DNA of 59,213 nt from a virus (taxonomy: Duplodnaviria; Caudoviricetes), in IMG/VR virus record IMGVR_UViG_3300032081_000715, positions 1 through 59,213 of that record, one strand, 5' to 3'. The notes beneath the pieces were generated by a model that saw nothing but the letters and a program-made list of their open reading frames with translations, was not told the origin of the DNA and did not search any database. Below are positions 9,501-18,155 of this stretch, piece by piece. Each line of letters starts with the position of its first letter. Position 1 is the first letter of the stretch. Both the position numbers and the translations under genes were made by a program.

Positions 9501-12430
9501 ACTTGATATTCACCTAATGAATTACCTAAAACTCTAGCCTCTAAAGTATTGTCTTTTGCTACTTTAACAAAAAACTTACCATCAAACTGCGGCTTGTTTT
9601 CTACAACAGCATCTATAAACTGTAAGTTGTATTGTATATTTTCATCAGCATCACCTATAGGTAAAACACTAGCATCAGGCAGCTGAGCTAATAAACGATC
9701 ATACATGCTAACATCACCTTGATCAAACTCTTCTCTAATAACAATACCAGGACTACCATTGTCGTCAGAAAATATTCTAGTAATAGTTCTTGTTGGGCTT
9801 TCAACTTCATAAGTAACACCACCAGTTGTAAATTGAGCTATTATTTTAACTCTAGGTATACCTTTAAATTCCATATCCTTTATAACACCATTATCATCTA
9901 CAGGAAGATGAGCACTTCTTAAAGTTCTATAACCAATCAACCTACCAGGTACGGCATCGGAAACGTTATTAGGCGTTCCATCGCCATCATCATCGCCATA
10001 AACATTTATGTTATCTATTAATATTAAATCAAACTTTCTTTCGTCAGTTTTTATAAAATCAGGAGCGTCATTAGATATTGCTATTATTTTATATCTAGCC
10101 TCTTCATCAACAGCCGTTTGGCTACCATGTTCATTTTTTAATATCAAATACGTTTCTTCATCTACTTTATTTCTGTCAGCTGAATTAAAAGCCAACCAAA
10201 CATTACCATCGCCAGCATTATAAACTCTATCTAATACTAAATTATAATATTCATTTGAAGTTTCTTTAACATAATACTTCACATACTCCATCCAAGTTAA
10301 TTGTGTTGGGTCAGAGTCTGTCCAGCTTTGTTCTATTTTAAATTTATTAGAATAGCTAGCTAAACTTTTAGGTACTTTAGATGAAGATGGCATAACTTGA
10401 CCGTCGTTATCTTTGTAACCATTAGACATAACTGGAGTTTCTCTACCATATTTATCTCCAATAACAATACCAAATTGATAATTTCTAAGTGATTTTACAG
10501 ATTTTTGTCCTCTTGGAAATAAACCTTTTTTAGAAACCAAAGTTTGCAATAAGCCAATATTAGCATCTAACTCATAACCTTGGGTATAATTACCGTAAAT
10601 AACTCTATTACTAGTTATTGTTTGGGCTCTAGCATATCTTGGAACATTATCCCAAGCTCTTAGTGTTTGATTAGCTTCAACAACTCTATGTATCATTTCT
10701 GAAGCTATAATAAATTCACCTGTTTCACTTAAGTTAACATTATCAGCCATGTCTTTCCACTCAGTATCTATGTTTCTTTTAATACTTTTTACTATATAAA
10801 CATTTTGATCATCTGTTGTTTTCCATAGTATATCAATAGTTTTAACATCAAGTGGTCTTGTATAATTTGTAGGTAACCAACCTCTAACTACTATTTTTCT
10901 AGCAGTGTTAGCCATACCTTCATTGAATCCTTTAGAAGGAGTATATTCAAACCCACCAGGTAAAAAAGCTAATTCTGAAAAAGGTGAAAAGCTAGAATAT
11001 TCATTATCTTCATATTGATATCTATAAGCAAATCTACCGAATTTAGTCTCAAAAAATGGTGGTCTAGTTTCTAAGTTAACTATCCAATTGTTAGGATTTG
11101 TATCTTGTGTTAAGTCACTGTCAACAAATAAAATTTCAACAGTACCTTCGCTATTATTTTTTTCTATTACTTTTAAACGTATAGTTATAGGATTAACAAC
11201 ATTAGAAGCATCAAAACTAAAAACGTCATCTACTCTAAAATTTATAACGTCAGGAAATGTAATAACTCTAGTATCACCAGGTGTTGGTAAAAGATTATCT
11301 TGAATAAAGTTGAAAAATATAGGAAAGTCTTGATCTAAATCTCTATCAGCGCTTTTAACTTCTATATTAGGTGGAGATACAGGAGCTTTTTTAATTACTG
11401 TTATATGCTCTTTTTTTATATCATCAGACAATCCGTTAAGTAAAGTATATTCAAGTTCTGATACAGAAACTAAATCATCTTGCTTTGGAAAATTAACACA
11501 TAGTTTAGTATGTGTTGTGCCACCTTGACTAGCAACTATTCCACCTGAAGGATCAGTTCCAGCTATCGATCTATCTATATTTATTTTTTTTGGCTCGTGT
11601 TTACCATCAGACCACAATAAAAGATTATCTAATATATCTATTGATGCTGTTGGTATTATATTTATAGTTTCAAAAATATCTCCTTTGTAATAATCAAACT
11701 CTAAAACTCTTTCTGGATGTATAAATTTAAAAGCTACAGCGTTATTTAAATCTGCTGTTTGCTGCTTAGCTAAAGTTAGTACGTTTAAATTGCCTCCATC
11801 TCCATCACCTATTCTAATTATTTCAACATAAGGTTTATCACCATCTGATAATAAATTAACACCATTAGTATCTAAAGCATAAATTCTCATACCAACTCTA
11901 TACTTAGTACCATCAATAACTGTTATTTGTGTATAACCATCTGCTGGAGATGATGGAAAAGTATTCATAGTATCAGCCTTAGTCCCCGTAACAGCAAATT
12001 TATCTACAAAAACCCACTTGCCAGTTTCTTCACTACCTACAGTTTCTACTGATCTTATACTATCAGCCCATTGTATTTCTGTTTGCCCGTCATATCCAGC
12101 GATTATAGCTGTGTGAGTAATAGATTCTACACCCTCTAGTGGAACTGGAGCAGCTGTAAAAAAATAAGCTTTATCATCGCCCTCATCACTTATGCTAGCT
12201 ACTATTTTAGATTTTTTACCATTGTAATCTATAGTAGTTGAAGTTGTTAATATTTTTCTATTGCCTTCTAAATTTTGAGCCGTACCAACATTACCTATAC
12301 CAGTAGCATCACCATCACTAGTAGATATTTTAATGTTTAAAGCATCTCTATATTGGCCTTTAGGAACAATTCTCTCATCGAGGTCTTTGTTCATTTTAGC
12401 ACCTGAAAAGTTTTGTTTAATTTGTGGCAT
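6554..12430 (-). CDS. Large tail nozzle/stabilisation protein (podovirus/crAss-like 'muzzle' type)
   Basis: 1958 aa; N-terminal MNKDLDER..P.GQYRDALNI, NGVESDRIRDDFN and GDYGISLNPES beta-propeller-like motifs; follows ring proteins. Confidence 0.7.
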   Translation of the reverse strand: MPQIKQNFSGAKMNKDLDERIVPKGQYRDALNIKISTSDGDATGIGNVGTAQNLEGNRKILTTSTTIDYNGKKSKIVASISDEGDDKAYFFTAAPVPLEGVESITHTAIIAGYDGQTEIQWADSIRSVETVGSEETGKWVFVDKFAVTGTKADTMNTFPSSPADGYTQITVIDGTKYRVGMRIYALDTNGVNLLSDGDKPYVEIIRIGDGDGGNLNVLTLAKQQTADLNNAVAFKFIHPERVLEFDYYKGDIFETINIIPTASIDILDNLLLWSDGKHEPKKINIDRSIAGTDPSGGIVASQGGTTHTKLCVNFPKQDDLVSVSELEYTLLNGLSDDIKKEHITVIKKAPVSPPNIEVKSADRDLDQDFPIFFNFIQDNLLPTPGDTRVITFPDVINFRVDDVFSFDASNVVNPITIRLKVIEKNNSEGTVEILFVDSDLTQDTNPNNWIVNLETRPPFFETKFGRFAYRYQYEDNEYSSFSPFSELAFLPGGFEYTPSKGFNEGMANTARKIVVRGWLPTNYTRPLDVKTIDILWKTTDDQNVYIVKSIKRNIDTEWKDMADNVNLSETGEFIIASEMIHRVVEANQTLRAWDNVPRYARAQTITSNRVIYGNYTQGYELDANIGLLQTLVSKKGLFPRGQKSVKSLRNYQFGIVIGDKYGRETPVMSNGYKDNDGQVMPSSSKVPKSLASYSNKFKIEQSWTDSDPTQLTWMEYVKYYVKETSNEYYNLVLDRVYNAGDGNVWLAFNSADRNKVDEETYLILKNEHGSQTAVDEEARYKIIAISNDAPDFIKTDERKFDLILIDNINVYGDDDGDGTPNNVSDAVPGRLIGYRTLRSAHLPVDDNGVIKDMEFKGIPRVKIIAQFTTGGVTYEVESPTRTITRIFSDDNGSPGIVIREEFDQGDVSMYDRLLAQLPDASVLPIGDADENIQYNLQFIDAVVENKPQFDGKFFVKVAKDNTLEARVLGNSLGEYQVLNTYELAFLADEATNPALDDNEYASEMDYEAENWETVAQFTNSNIGGTTGDLPNFINLNGDSGATDEFWVSWYNSSNRTADIFIDSVPAFSGFNLPQNDGNALIDYNSGYTPMNTVDGTSNWHPQGLSNGALSDGTLGQFTFSTIGNSNSEDNQPWQGTNSYFKSKMQQTGTLFRFRDDPNQEVYYVETTQEQTLGDSGETLSGPITIESKNFDNNGSSNYVDRVSIIVRFKRVGANGQPIQPNTGLDPTVWDPRGTVKHNGLSSMTIDFVERVPVNSLSDDSISTSAACFETEPKEDVGLDIYYEASGAIPVRLKQENIINFTGANKIKERASGFNIENRKITNNNIVNITLSGEPFVYQTIGDDGIEIRRTVNGSITKLTTIVTDGTSDTTCAAIGDVVRFENKSGLVTKSKILDHYKIISTSAPVVTAAVVPSDRYTLTGDGVNSDDANVDNYITVSIGDSNYGNVTVGMQVTGDNVKPGTFVKSIQGASFKLNQALITEGSSSFTFIDVTGYFKIEKEVWKYSVELGWFNCYSFGNGVESDRIRDDFNAPQIDNGVKVSSTFLNYGEENKTSGMIFSGLYNSTSSVNNLNEFNMAGKITKDLNTTYGSIQAAHARDNDVVVFTEDKVLRIQSGGKDALFNADGNTQLTATNRVLGTSMPFAGDYGISLNPESLAMDGYRMYFADKQRGAVLRLSGNGVTPISDVGMKTYFRENLKYHVNISGSFDGVEDEYNLTLHKINKFAQNTPLLDSKTISFSESAKGWVSFKSFTPLTATSLSDRYYSVEDNTIWKHNSSTALRNNFYNVQYNSEIEVLFNDQPGSIKSFKNINYEGTQAKIDKFRDTSINPENFTIYGGTIDTDPLSDTYGNVSDSAGNNLGVMNDLEYYNIDGKTGWYVDNITTDKQTGNVNEFIEKEGKWFNKINGDTTTETNLDTSEFSVQGIGLPLATPVETQTETTVTIQATDSDDLTYNSEQNKPF

Positions 12431-12432
12431 AG

Positions 12433-13761
12433 TTATTTAATTTGCTTACCCATACCTCTAAGTACTTGAGTAAATTCTTCTATCTTAATATTCGATAATC
12501 TTATTTTTGCTTTTCTAGTTTCAGCAAATCTTTCTTTTTTAAATCTTTGAACTAAGTATTCAGGTATGTTAGACCTACCTGAAAGTACTCCATACATTAT
12601 CCATTTATAACAAGCCTCTTCGCAAAACTTATGAACAACCATTTCAGAGTCTGTACCCAGGCCATCGCTTACGTAATGTAATATTATAGTTTCACCAGCT
12701 AATGAAGAACCAAAGTGTATTTTGCCTCTTAAATTATCTATAAAAAAACTACCATTCATTTGAGCGTTTTCAGGCTCTAAACCATATCTTCTACCTTGAT
12801 GAGATATTTCTATATCTGATGAAAAGTTTATATCGTATAAATTAAAATTAGATGTAGTTTGATCTTCAAATAATGAAGATGTATTACTTGGCGTTTGCTC
12901 TAATAAAGTTTCTGCTGAAGAAGTACCGGTGCTAGTTACAGCTATAGCCATGTTTGTTGTGTTTGATTCTGCAGCGCCAGTTGCTCCAGCTGGATAAATA
13001 CCTTCGCCACTAGCCGTGTTCACATAACTAGTACTAAAACCTGATAGATCAGCGGGATATTCCACTTGCAGAGCGCCACCACCAAGATCAGTAGCCGTGT
13101 GATAACCAAGAGCATTAATTTTTGCAATTAAATCATCAACAATTTGTTGTTGGGTTTCACTACCACTTAATGATATACCTGTTTTAATAGAAAGAACATT
13201 ACTAGCTGCGATACCATCAGTTATATCAGTATCTTTATCAAATATAATATGTAATCTTGTAGGTCCTGAAGCTTTCCATATTAATGAAATAAATTCTCCA
13301 TCATTAATATCAGAAGCTCCGTTTGCTGGTATTGTTATTACAACTTTTCTTCTAGCGATATCAAGTGTATATGATCCATCTGTTCCTTGAGTTATTGCAA
13401 ATGGATTAGAAGTATGCCTTGTTGGGTATACTCTTCTTTCAATACCATCAGTACCTATCCTTGTTATTTTAGAATAATTAACATAGTCTTGAGGTAAAGT
13501 CATTGTTAAAGTATTTGGTACTTCTATTTCTTGAGTTTTAAAAGATTTTAAAACGTCGTAAGATAACTCTTGCACAGCTCTCATAGCATGAAATTGTACA
13601 TCAGTTCTATTTATTTTAGATATTATTTTATTTTCACCTACATAAATATACATAAAGTTATTTATAATAGTGTCTAAATTTACAAACTGATAATTACCAT
13701 AATTAGCAGAATTATCTGAACTATAATAACTTGCTTGTGTTGTTGATCCTAATAATCCCAT
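12433..13761 (-). CDS. Tail ring/adaptor structural protein with internal insertion
   Basis: 442 aa; LPQDYVNYSKI motif typical of tail tubular/ring proteins; position after capsid module. Confidence 0.6.
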   Translation of the reverse strand: MGLLGSTTQASYYSSDNSANYGNYQFVNLDTIINNFMYIYVGENKIISKINRTDVQFHAMRAVQELSYDVLKSFKTQEIEVPNTLTMTLPQDYVNYSKITRIGTDGIERRVYPTRHTSNPFAITQGTDGSYTLDIARRKVVITIPANGASDINDGEFISLIWKASGPTRLHIIFDKDTDITDGIAASNVLSIKTGISLSGSETQQQIVDDLIAKINALGYHTATDLGGGALQVEYPADLSGFSTSYVNTASGEGIYPAGATGAAESNTTNMAIAVTSTGTSSAETLLEQTPSNTSSLFEDQTTSNFNLYDINFSSDIEISHQGRRYGLEPENAQMNGSFFIDNLRGKIHFGSSLAGETIILHYVSDGLGTDSEMVVHKFCEEACYKWIMYGVLSGRSNIPEYLVQRFKKERFAETRKAKIRLSNIKIEEFTQVLRGMGKQIK

Positions 13762-13763
13762 AA

Positions 13764-14468
13764 TTAACTATTTTGTTCTTGATTAATCATTTGTAAACCT
13801 TGACCACCAGCTTGTATAACGTCAGGTCTTTGTATTGTTAAGCCAGCTAACATTAATATTCTTAACACTAGCGTTTCTTCTTCAGTAGTCGATAATTCAA
13901 AATTAACACTTTCATTAGAGTTATATAAAGCTTTTTCGTTAACAATAACATAAGCCCATTTTGGAGCAGTCGGTTGTTTATAGTAATTTATAGTACAACT
14001 AGAGCCATCGTTTGGAGCTGGTGTTATTTTAACTGTAGTAGAAGATACTCTATTAAAAATTGGCCTAACACTAGTTGGATATAACACTGAACCAGTTTCA
14101 CCTAAAGATATAATGTATCTTTCTTCTTTTTTATTTACCTCTGTAGCAAGATTACTTCCTACTCTTATAATATCAAGTTTATATATATCACTAGGTAATG
14201 TTAGTATTCCACTGGAAATATTAGTATTTGTATTTGATTTTAAAAAAGGAGATAGCTTAGCTTCTATCATTTCTAAAGTATCTGTATATGTATCATCGTC
14301 TTTTGGTTTGACGTTTGAGTTTCTAGCTTTATGAAAATAGTTTTCATATATTTCATTTTGAGCTTTATCAGCTAATAAGTTAAACTCTTGAGGTGTTATA
14401 TAACCTCTTTGTTCCTTATTAGCTAGCGCTAAAACCTTTTCGTATATCGTGTTTATGTTTATTGCCAT
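13764..14468 (-). CDS. Head-tail connector/tail tubular ring protein
   Basis: 234 aa; NKEQRGYITPQEFN, LP.D.Y and YYKQP..P motifs. Confidence 0.6.
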   Translation of the reverse strand: MAININTIYEKVLALANKEQRGYITPQEFNLLADKAQNEIYENYFHKARNSNVKPKDDDTYTDTLEMIEAKLSPFLKSNTNTNISSGILTLPSDIYKLDIIRVGSNLATEVNKKEERYIISLGETGSVLYPTSVRPIFNRVSSTTVKITPAPNDGSSCTINYYKQPTAPKWAYVIVNEKALYNSNESVNFELSTTEEETLVLRILMLAGLTIQRPDVIQAGGQGLQMINQEQNS

Positions 14469-14489
14469 TTGCTTATATTTTACTATTAT

Positions 14490-14498
14490 ATAGTTACA
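14490..14498 (-). promoter_or_regulatory. Putative late promoter motif TGTAACTAT
   Basis: Intergenic, just past a terminator, about 20 nt upstream of ATG 14468. Confidence 0.55.
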
Positions 14499-14526
14499 TA
14501 ATAAAGCGGAAGGTTAGCCTTTAAAT

Positions 14527-14555
14527 AAAAATAGCCACCCGTTAAGGTGGCTATT
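14527..14555 (-). terminator. Intrinsic terminator
   Basis: AATAGCCACC-6nt-GGTGGCTATT stem followed by T-run on minus strand. Confidence 0.75.
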
Positions 14556-14573
14556 AATATTAATTAAATGTTG

Positions 14574-15401
14574 CTACAACATTCTTTTTTCAACATTGGA
14601 ATAAACTTCCATGCCTTCGTCGGTTTTAAACCAAGCAGCTAATGCTGAGTATGGATGTTCTTCAAATGGTACTGTCATTAGTTTTCTACTAGTTGATGCC
14701 CACATAAAATATCTTTGGTCTTGTGATAATTTTAATATACCAGCCTCAACAGCTTTTATACCAAAGTTTCTAAGTTGAACATTTTCATCAGTTGTTAGTT
14801 CTATAAATAATTGCGGATTTCTTCTAGCAAATAATATTAAATCTCTTCTAAGCTCTTTAGAACTTAAGCCATTTACTTTAGAACCTATTTCAACTCTCAT
14901 TATAGCCTCAACCATATCTATATCTAAATCTTTAGCTATTTTAAGAGCTTCAACTTCAAACTCTAGCCAATCTAATTGATTTTTAGCTGTTTCAACAGGC
15001 TTGTCTTCGTAGTATAAAACATTTCTGTCTGGGTGGTATAAAGATAAAAACTTTTGTAATACTGTTTTTTCTTTTGGTACGTACAAGGATCCACTTCTAA
15101 AAATTATATGTTCTAATCTTTGGTCACCCTTCATTTCATCAACAAACGGGGTTCTTTGATTTTGACAGTATTTTAATTCTCTTTCAAACCCTTTTTCGTT
15201 ATCAAACCAATATACATTAGCTGATCTAATTGATCTTGATAAAGGCTTCTTTTTACCTTTTAAGTAATACATTCTGTCTTTTATTTCCCATTTTGGTTTA
15301 GCTTTTTCTTTAGGAGCTTCAACCTTAGGTTGTTCTTTTACAACCACTGTTTCTTCAACTATAGGCTCTTCAACCTTAGCTGTTTCTTTTTTCTTTGCCA
15401 T
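14574..15401 (-). CDS. Hypothetical capsid-adjacent protein
   Basis: 275 aa directly after major capsid gene; low-complexity K/E/P N-terminus. Confidence 0.55.
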   Translation of the reverse strand: MAKKKETAKVEEPIVEETVVVKEQPKVEAPKEKAKPKWEIKDRMYYLKGKKKPLSRSIRSANVYWFDNEKGFERELKYCQNQRTPFVDEMKGDQRLEHIIFRSGSLYVPKEKTVLQKFLSLYHPDRNVLYYEDKPVETAKNQLDWLEFEVEALKIAKDLDIDMVEAIMRVEIGSKVNGLSSKELRRDLILFARRNPQLFIELTTDENVQLRNFGIKAVEAGILKLSQDQRYFMWASTSRKLMTVPFEEHPYSALAAWFKTDEGMEVYSNVEKRML

Positions 15402-15423
15402 AATATAATATAATAAAAAAATT

Positions 15424-15460
15424 AAAAAAAATATAAGGGCGATACGTGACCGCCCTTATA
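15424..15460 (-). terminator. Intrinsic terminator after major capsid gene
   Basis: TATAAGGGCG-9nt-CGCCCTTATA followed by T8 on minus strand. Confidence 0.8.
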
Positions 15461-15471
15461 AATAAATAGTC

Positions 15472-16977
15472 TTACTTCATTAACATAAAGTTGTTAGCAC
15501 CTTGAGTAACTAAACATCTTTCAGTTAACATATGTAGTTGCATTGCATCTAAAGCAGATGTAGCAGCGCCAACAGAACCAGTAACCCAAGTTTTAAATCT
15601 TCGATTATCAGTTTGTGAAGCTCTATATCTAACGTGTAAGAAAGGTCTCTTAAGATTCTTTCCTAACATTTGATCATATACAGTAGATGTACCAGCAGGA
15701 ACCATAACGCCTCTAATTGCCGCAGAACCAGCAATTCTGTTTATTTCTCCTCTAGTAGCTTTGTCATTTAAGTATCTGAAATCAGATTTGTAGAAGTCGT
15801 AAGAACCTCTTCGGAAACCTGAGAAACCTAAATTTAAAGCCATATCTTCGTCGTTGTCAAATACCCCATAAGAAGTACCTCCAGCTCCGTAAGAATTCAT
15901 TGAAGCTAACATGTCATCAATAGCTAGAGACGTAGCTCTATTTACAAACATCATGTTTTCTTCAATAGCACCTTGCTTGTCAAATTCAGCTAAGATAGCA
16001 TCGAACTCTGCTAAGTCAGTAGCAGCGTTAACACCTGTTACACCTGAAGTAATATTACCTCTTGATTCAATAGCAGCGAATAAACCTTCAGTACCAGCAC
16101 CATCAGCTCCAGCATCAGTACCGTCACGAACAATACTTCCGTTAAAACCAATAATAGAGTTACCATCTGTTTTTTCAGATTCTAACATAGCCATTTCCAT
16201 GTAGTCAGTGAATCTTGCTCTTGTATCACCTTCAGCTTTTAAGTACCACAAGTAACCATTTTGTCCATCTTCTCCAGTAACTTCAACCCATCCAATTTGT
16301 GACGCATCAGATCCAGATACTTCGTAGTAATCTTTCATGATAATTGGTTTGTTACTATAAGATTTAAACGTAGGCGTTAATGCAGTTCTTTTATCAGCTT
16401 CAGCAGCACCAGTAATATCAGCATATTTAGCTCCTTTACCGTACTCAGAACCTACAACTAGTAAAACAGAACCAGATGCAGTTGTTGCGTGTCCAGTTAA
16501 ATCTGCTTTATCATATGGTTCAACCGTAATAACAGCTGTTGCTGGGGTTTCTACAACTAAACATTTAGTTACGATACCAGCAGTTGCTATAAGTACAATA
16601 TCATTTACTCTAACACCGTGATTAGCTACAGCGAAACCATTTTCACCGTCAGCAGATCCATCGATATCAGTTACTACAGTAAATGTACCGTTAGTATCAC
16701 CAGCTGTTGCTACTGTACCAACGTATGATAAGTGTAATCTTGATTGTTCAGACCATACTACTTGATCAGCAGTCATAGCCTCTTCTGCTCCAACTTTCTC
16801 AAGAAATCCAGCGATTGTTCTTTGACCGAACACCTCAGCTTCTTTCTCCATTAAGTCAGGCAAGTATTGTTGCTCCCAGCCAGTAGAACCACCTGCGAAG
16901 TCTATATAGTTGCTAGATAAAGTTTGCTGTTGTGCAGACGGAACTTTATTTAACAACGGCCCATTTGTAATTGCCAT
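15472..16977 (-). CDS. Major capsid protein
   Basis: 501 aa; after portal and scaffold-like gene, followed by terminator; biased codon usage typical of high expression. Confidence 0.8.
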   Translation of the reverse strand: MAITNGPLLNKVPSAQQQTLSSNYIDFAGGSTGWEQQYLPDLMEKEAEVFGQRTIAGFLEKVGAEEAMTADQVVWSEQSRLHLSYVGTVATAGDTNGTFTVVTDIDGSADGENGFAVANHGVRVNDIVLIATAGIVTKCLVVETPATAVITVEPYDKADLTGHATTASGSVLLVVGSEYGKGAKYADITGAAEADKRTALTPTFKSYSNKPIIMKDYYEVSGSDASQIGWVEVTGEDGQNGYLWYLKAEGDTRARFTDYMEMAMLESEKTDGNSIIGFNGSIVRDGTDAGADGAGTEGLFAAIESRGNITSGVTGVNAATDLAEFDAILAEFDKQGAIEENMMFVNRATSLAIDDMLASMNSYGAGGTSYGVFDNDEDMALNLGFSGFRRGSYDFYKSDFRYLNDKATRGEINRIAGSAAIRGVMVPAGTSTVYDQMLGKNLKRPFLHVRYRASQTDNRRFKTWVTGSVGAATSALDAMQLHMLTERCLVTQGANNFMLMK

Positions 16978-16998
16978 AATAAATTTGTTTTAAATTGT

Positions 16999-18129
16999 TT
17001 AACTTTTCTTTCTAATTTTAAAAGATCTGTTTTTAATTTGAGCAGATGATTCACCTAAAGCCTTTACTTTAATACCTCCAACGTTTACTTCGCCGTGAGT
17101 TTTTCTAGGTTCTAAGTTTATGTTTTTACCTCTAGCAACCGTATTTTTAATAGCATCGGCTTTACCTTGCTCATAAAAATGCTTTGCTATAGCATCCGCA
17201 TTCATAGCAGTGAATAAAGACTTATGATACCCAGCGGCATCTTCAATAGTTGTATTATCTTTATCAGTAAACTTACTAACAAAATTATTAATATCACTTT
17301 GAGTTGTCTTTACTTTATCAACATCTTTAATATTAAACCTATATCTTTTATCTCCGACATTATATTCAAAACCTTTGAAATCTTGTCCAAAGAAGCTATC
17401 TGTTCTATTTAAAAATGTTCTTTTGCTTTTCTCTACTATTTCTTTCTGCTCTTCAGATCTGTTGAAAAAATCAATAGCTTTTTGTTGCTCTTCAGTGAGC
17501 TTACTTCCAGCTTTAATTTCTTCGTAATATTTAGACTTTTGCCTGTCTAAGTGGGCTCTAGCCTCGGCAACTTGCTCTTTGAGGGCTATCTTTTTTTTAC
17601 GTATAGTTTTTTCATCATCAACTTCTTCATCTATACCAAATGTGTCTTCTAATAAAAACCCGCGCTCTTCACTTGATAAGTGAGACTTAGTTGTTTTGTA
17701 ATATTCGTCTAACACATCAGAGTCGTCCATTTTTTCAACGTCTCTATTTAAGCTTACGTAATCATTTAAATCACCACCAGTTTCTTCCATAAAACTTACA
17801 AGTTTTTGTATGTTTTCTGGTAAAGGTTTTCCAGTAGCCTCTGTTTCAGCTATAGCTTCATTTGCAACTTCTTTTATTTCTTCAACCTCTTTTTCAGTTG
17901 AATCTTTAAGTTCTTCTACAGTAACTTCTTCCATAACTGGAAGTTCTTCAACTTTTTCATCTTGTTCTTCTTTAACTACCTTTTCTGGTGGCGTAAGTGG
18001 TTTGTTTAAGTCTACCTTAATAACGCTGTCATCACCAGCGCTTTTAAATTTAGACTCGTCTATTTTTTCTACAACCTCTTCAATTGGTTGTTCTGTTGTT
18101 TCTTCAACAACTTTTTTGTTTTCTTCCAT
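16999..18129 (-). CDS. Putative capsid scaffolding/assembly protein
   Basis: 376 aa, very acidic N-terminus, helical; between portal and capsid. Confidence 0.6.
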   Translation of the reverse strand: MEENKKVVEETTEQPIEEVVEKIDESKFKSAGDDSVIKVDLNKPLTPPEKVVKEEQDEKVEELPVMEEVTVEELKDSTEKEVEEIKEVANEAIAETEATGKPLPENIQKLVSFMEETGGDLNDYVSLNRDVEKMDDSDVLDEYYKTTKSHLSSEERGFLLEDTFGIDEEVDDEKTIRKKKIALKEQVAEARAHLDRQKSKYYEEIKAGSKLTEEQQKAIDFFNRSEEQKEIVEKSKRTFLNRTDSFFGQDFKGFEYNVGDKRYRFNIKDVDKVKTTQSDINNFVSKFTDKDNTTIEDAAGYHKSLFTAMNADAIAKHFYEQGKADAIKNTVARGKNINLEPRKTHGEVNVGGIKVKALGESSAQIKNRSFKIRKKS

Positions 18130-18155
18130 AATAAAATTTTATAAAATATTAAAAA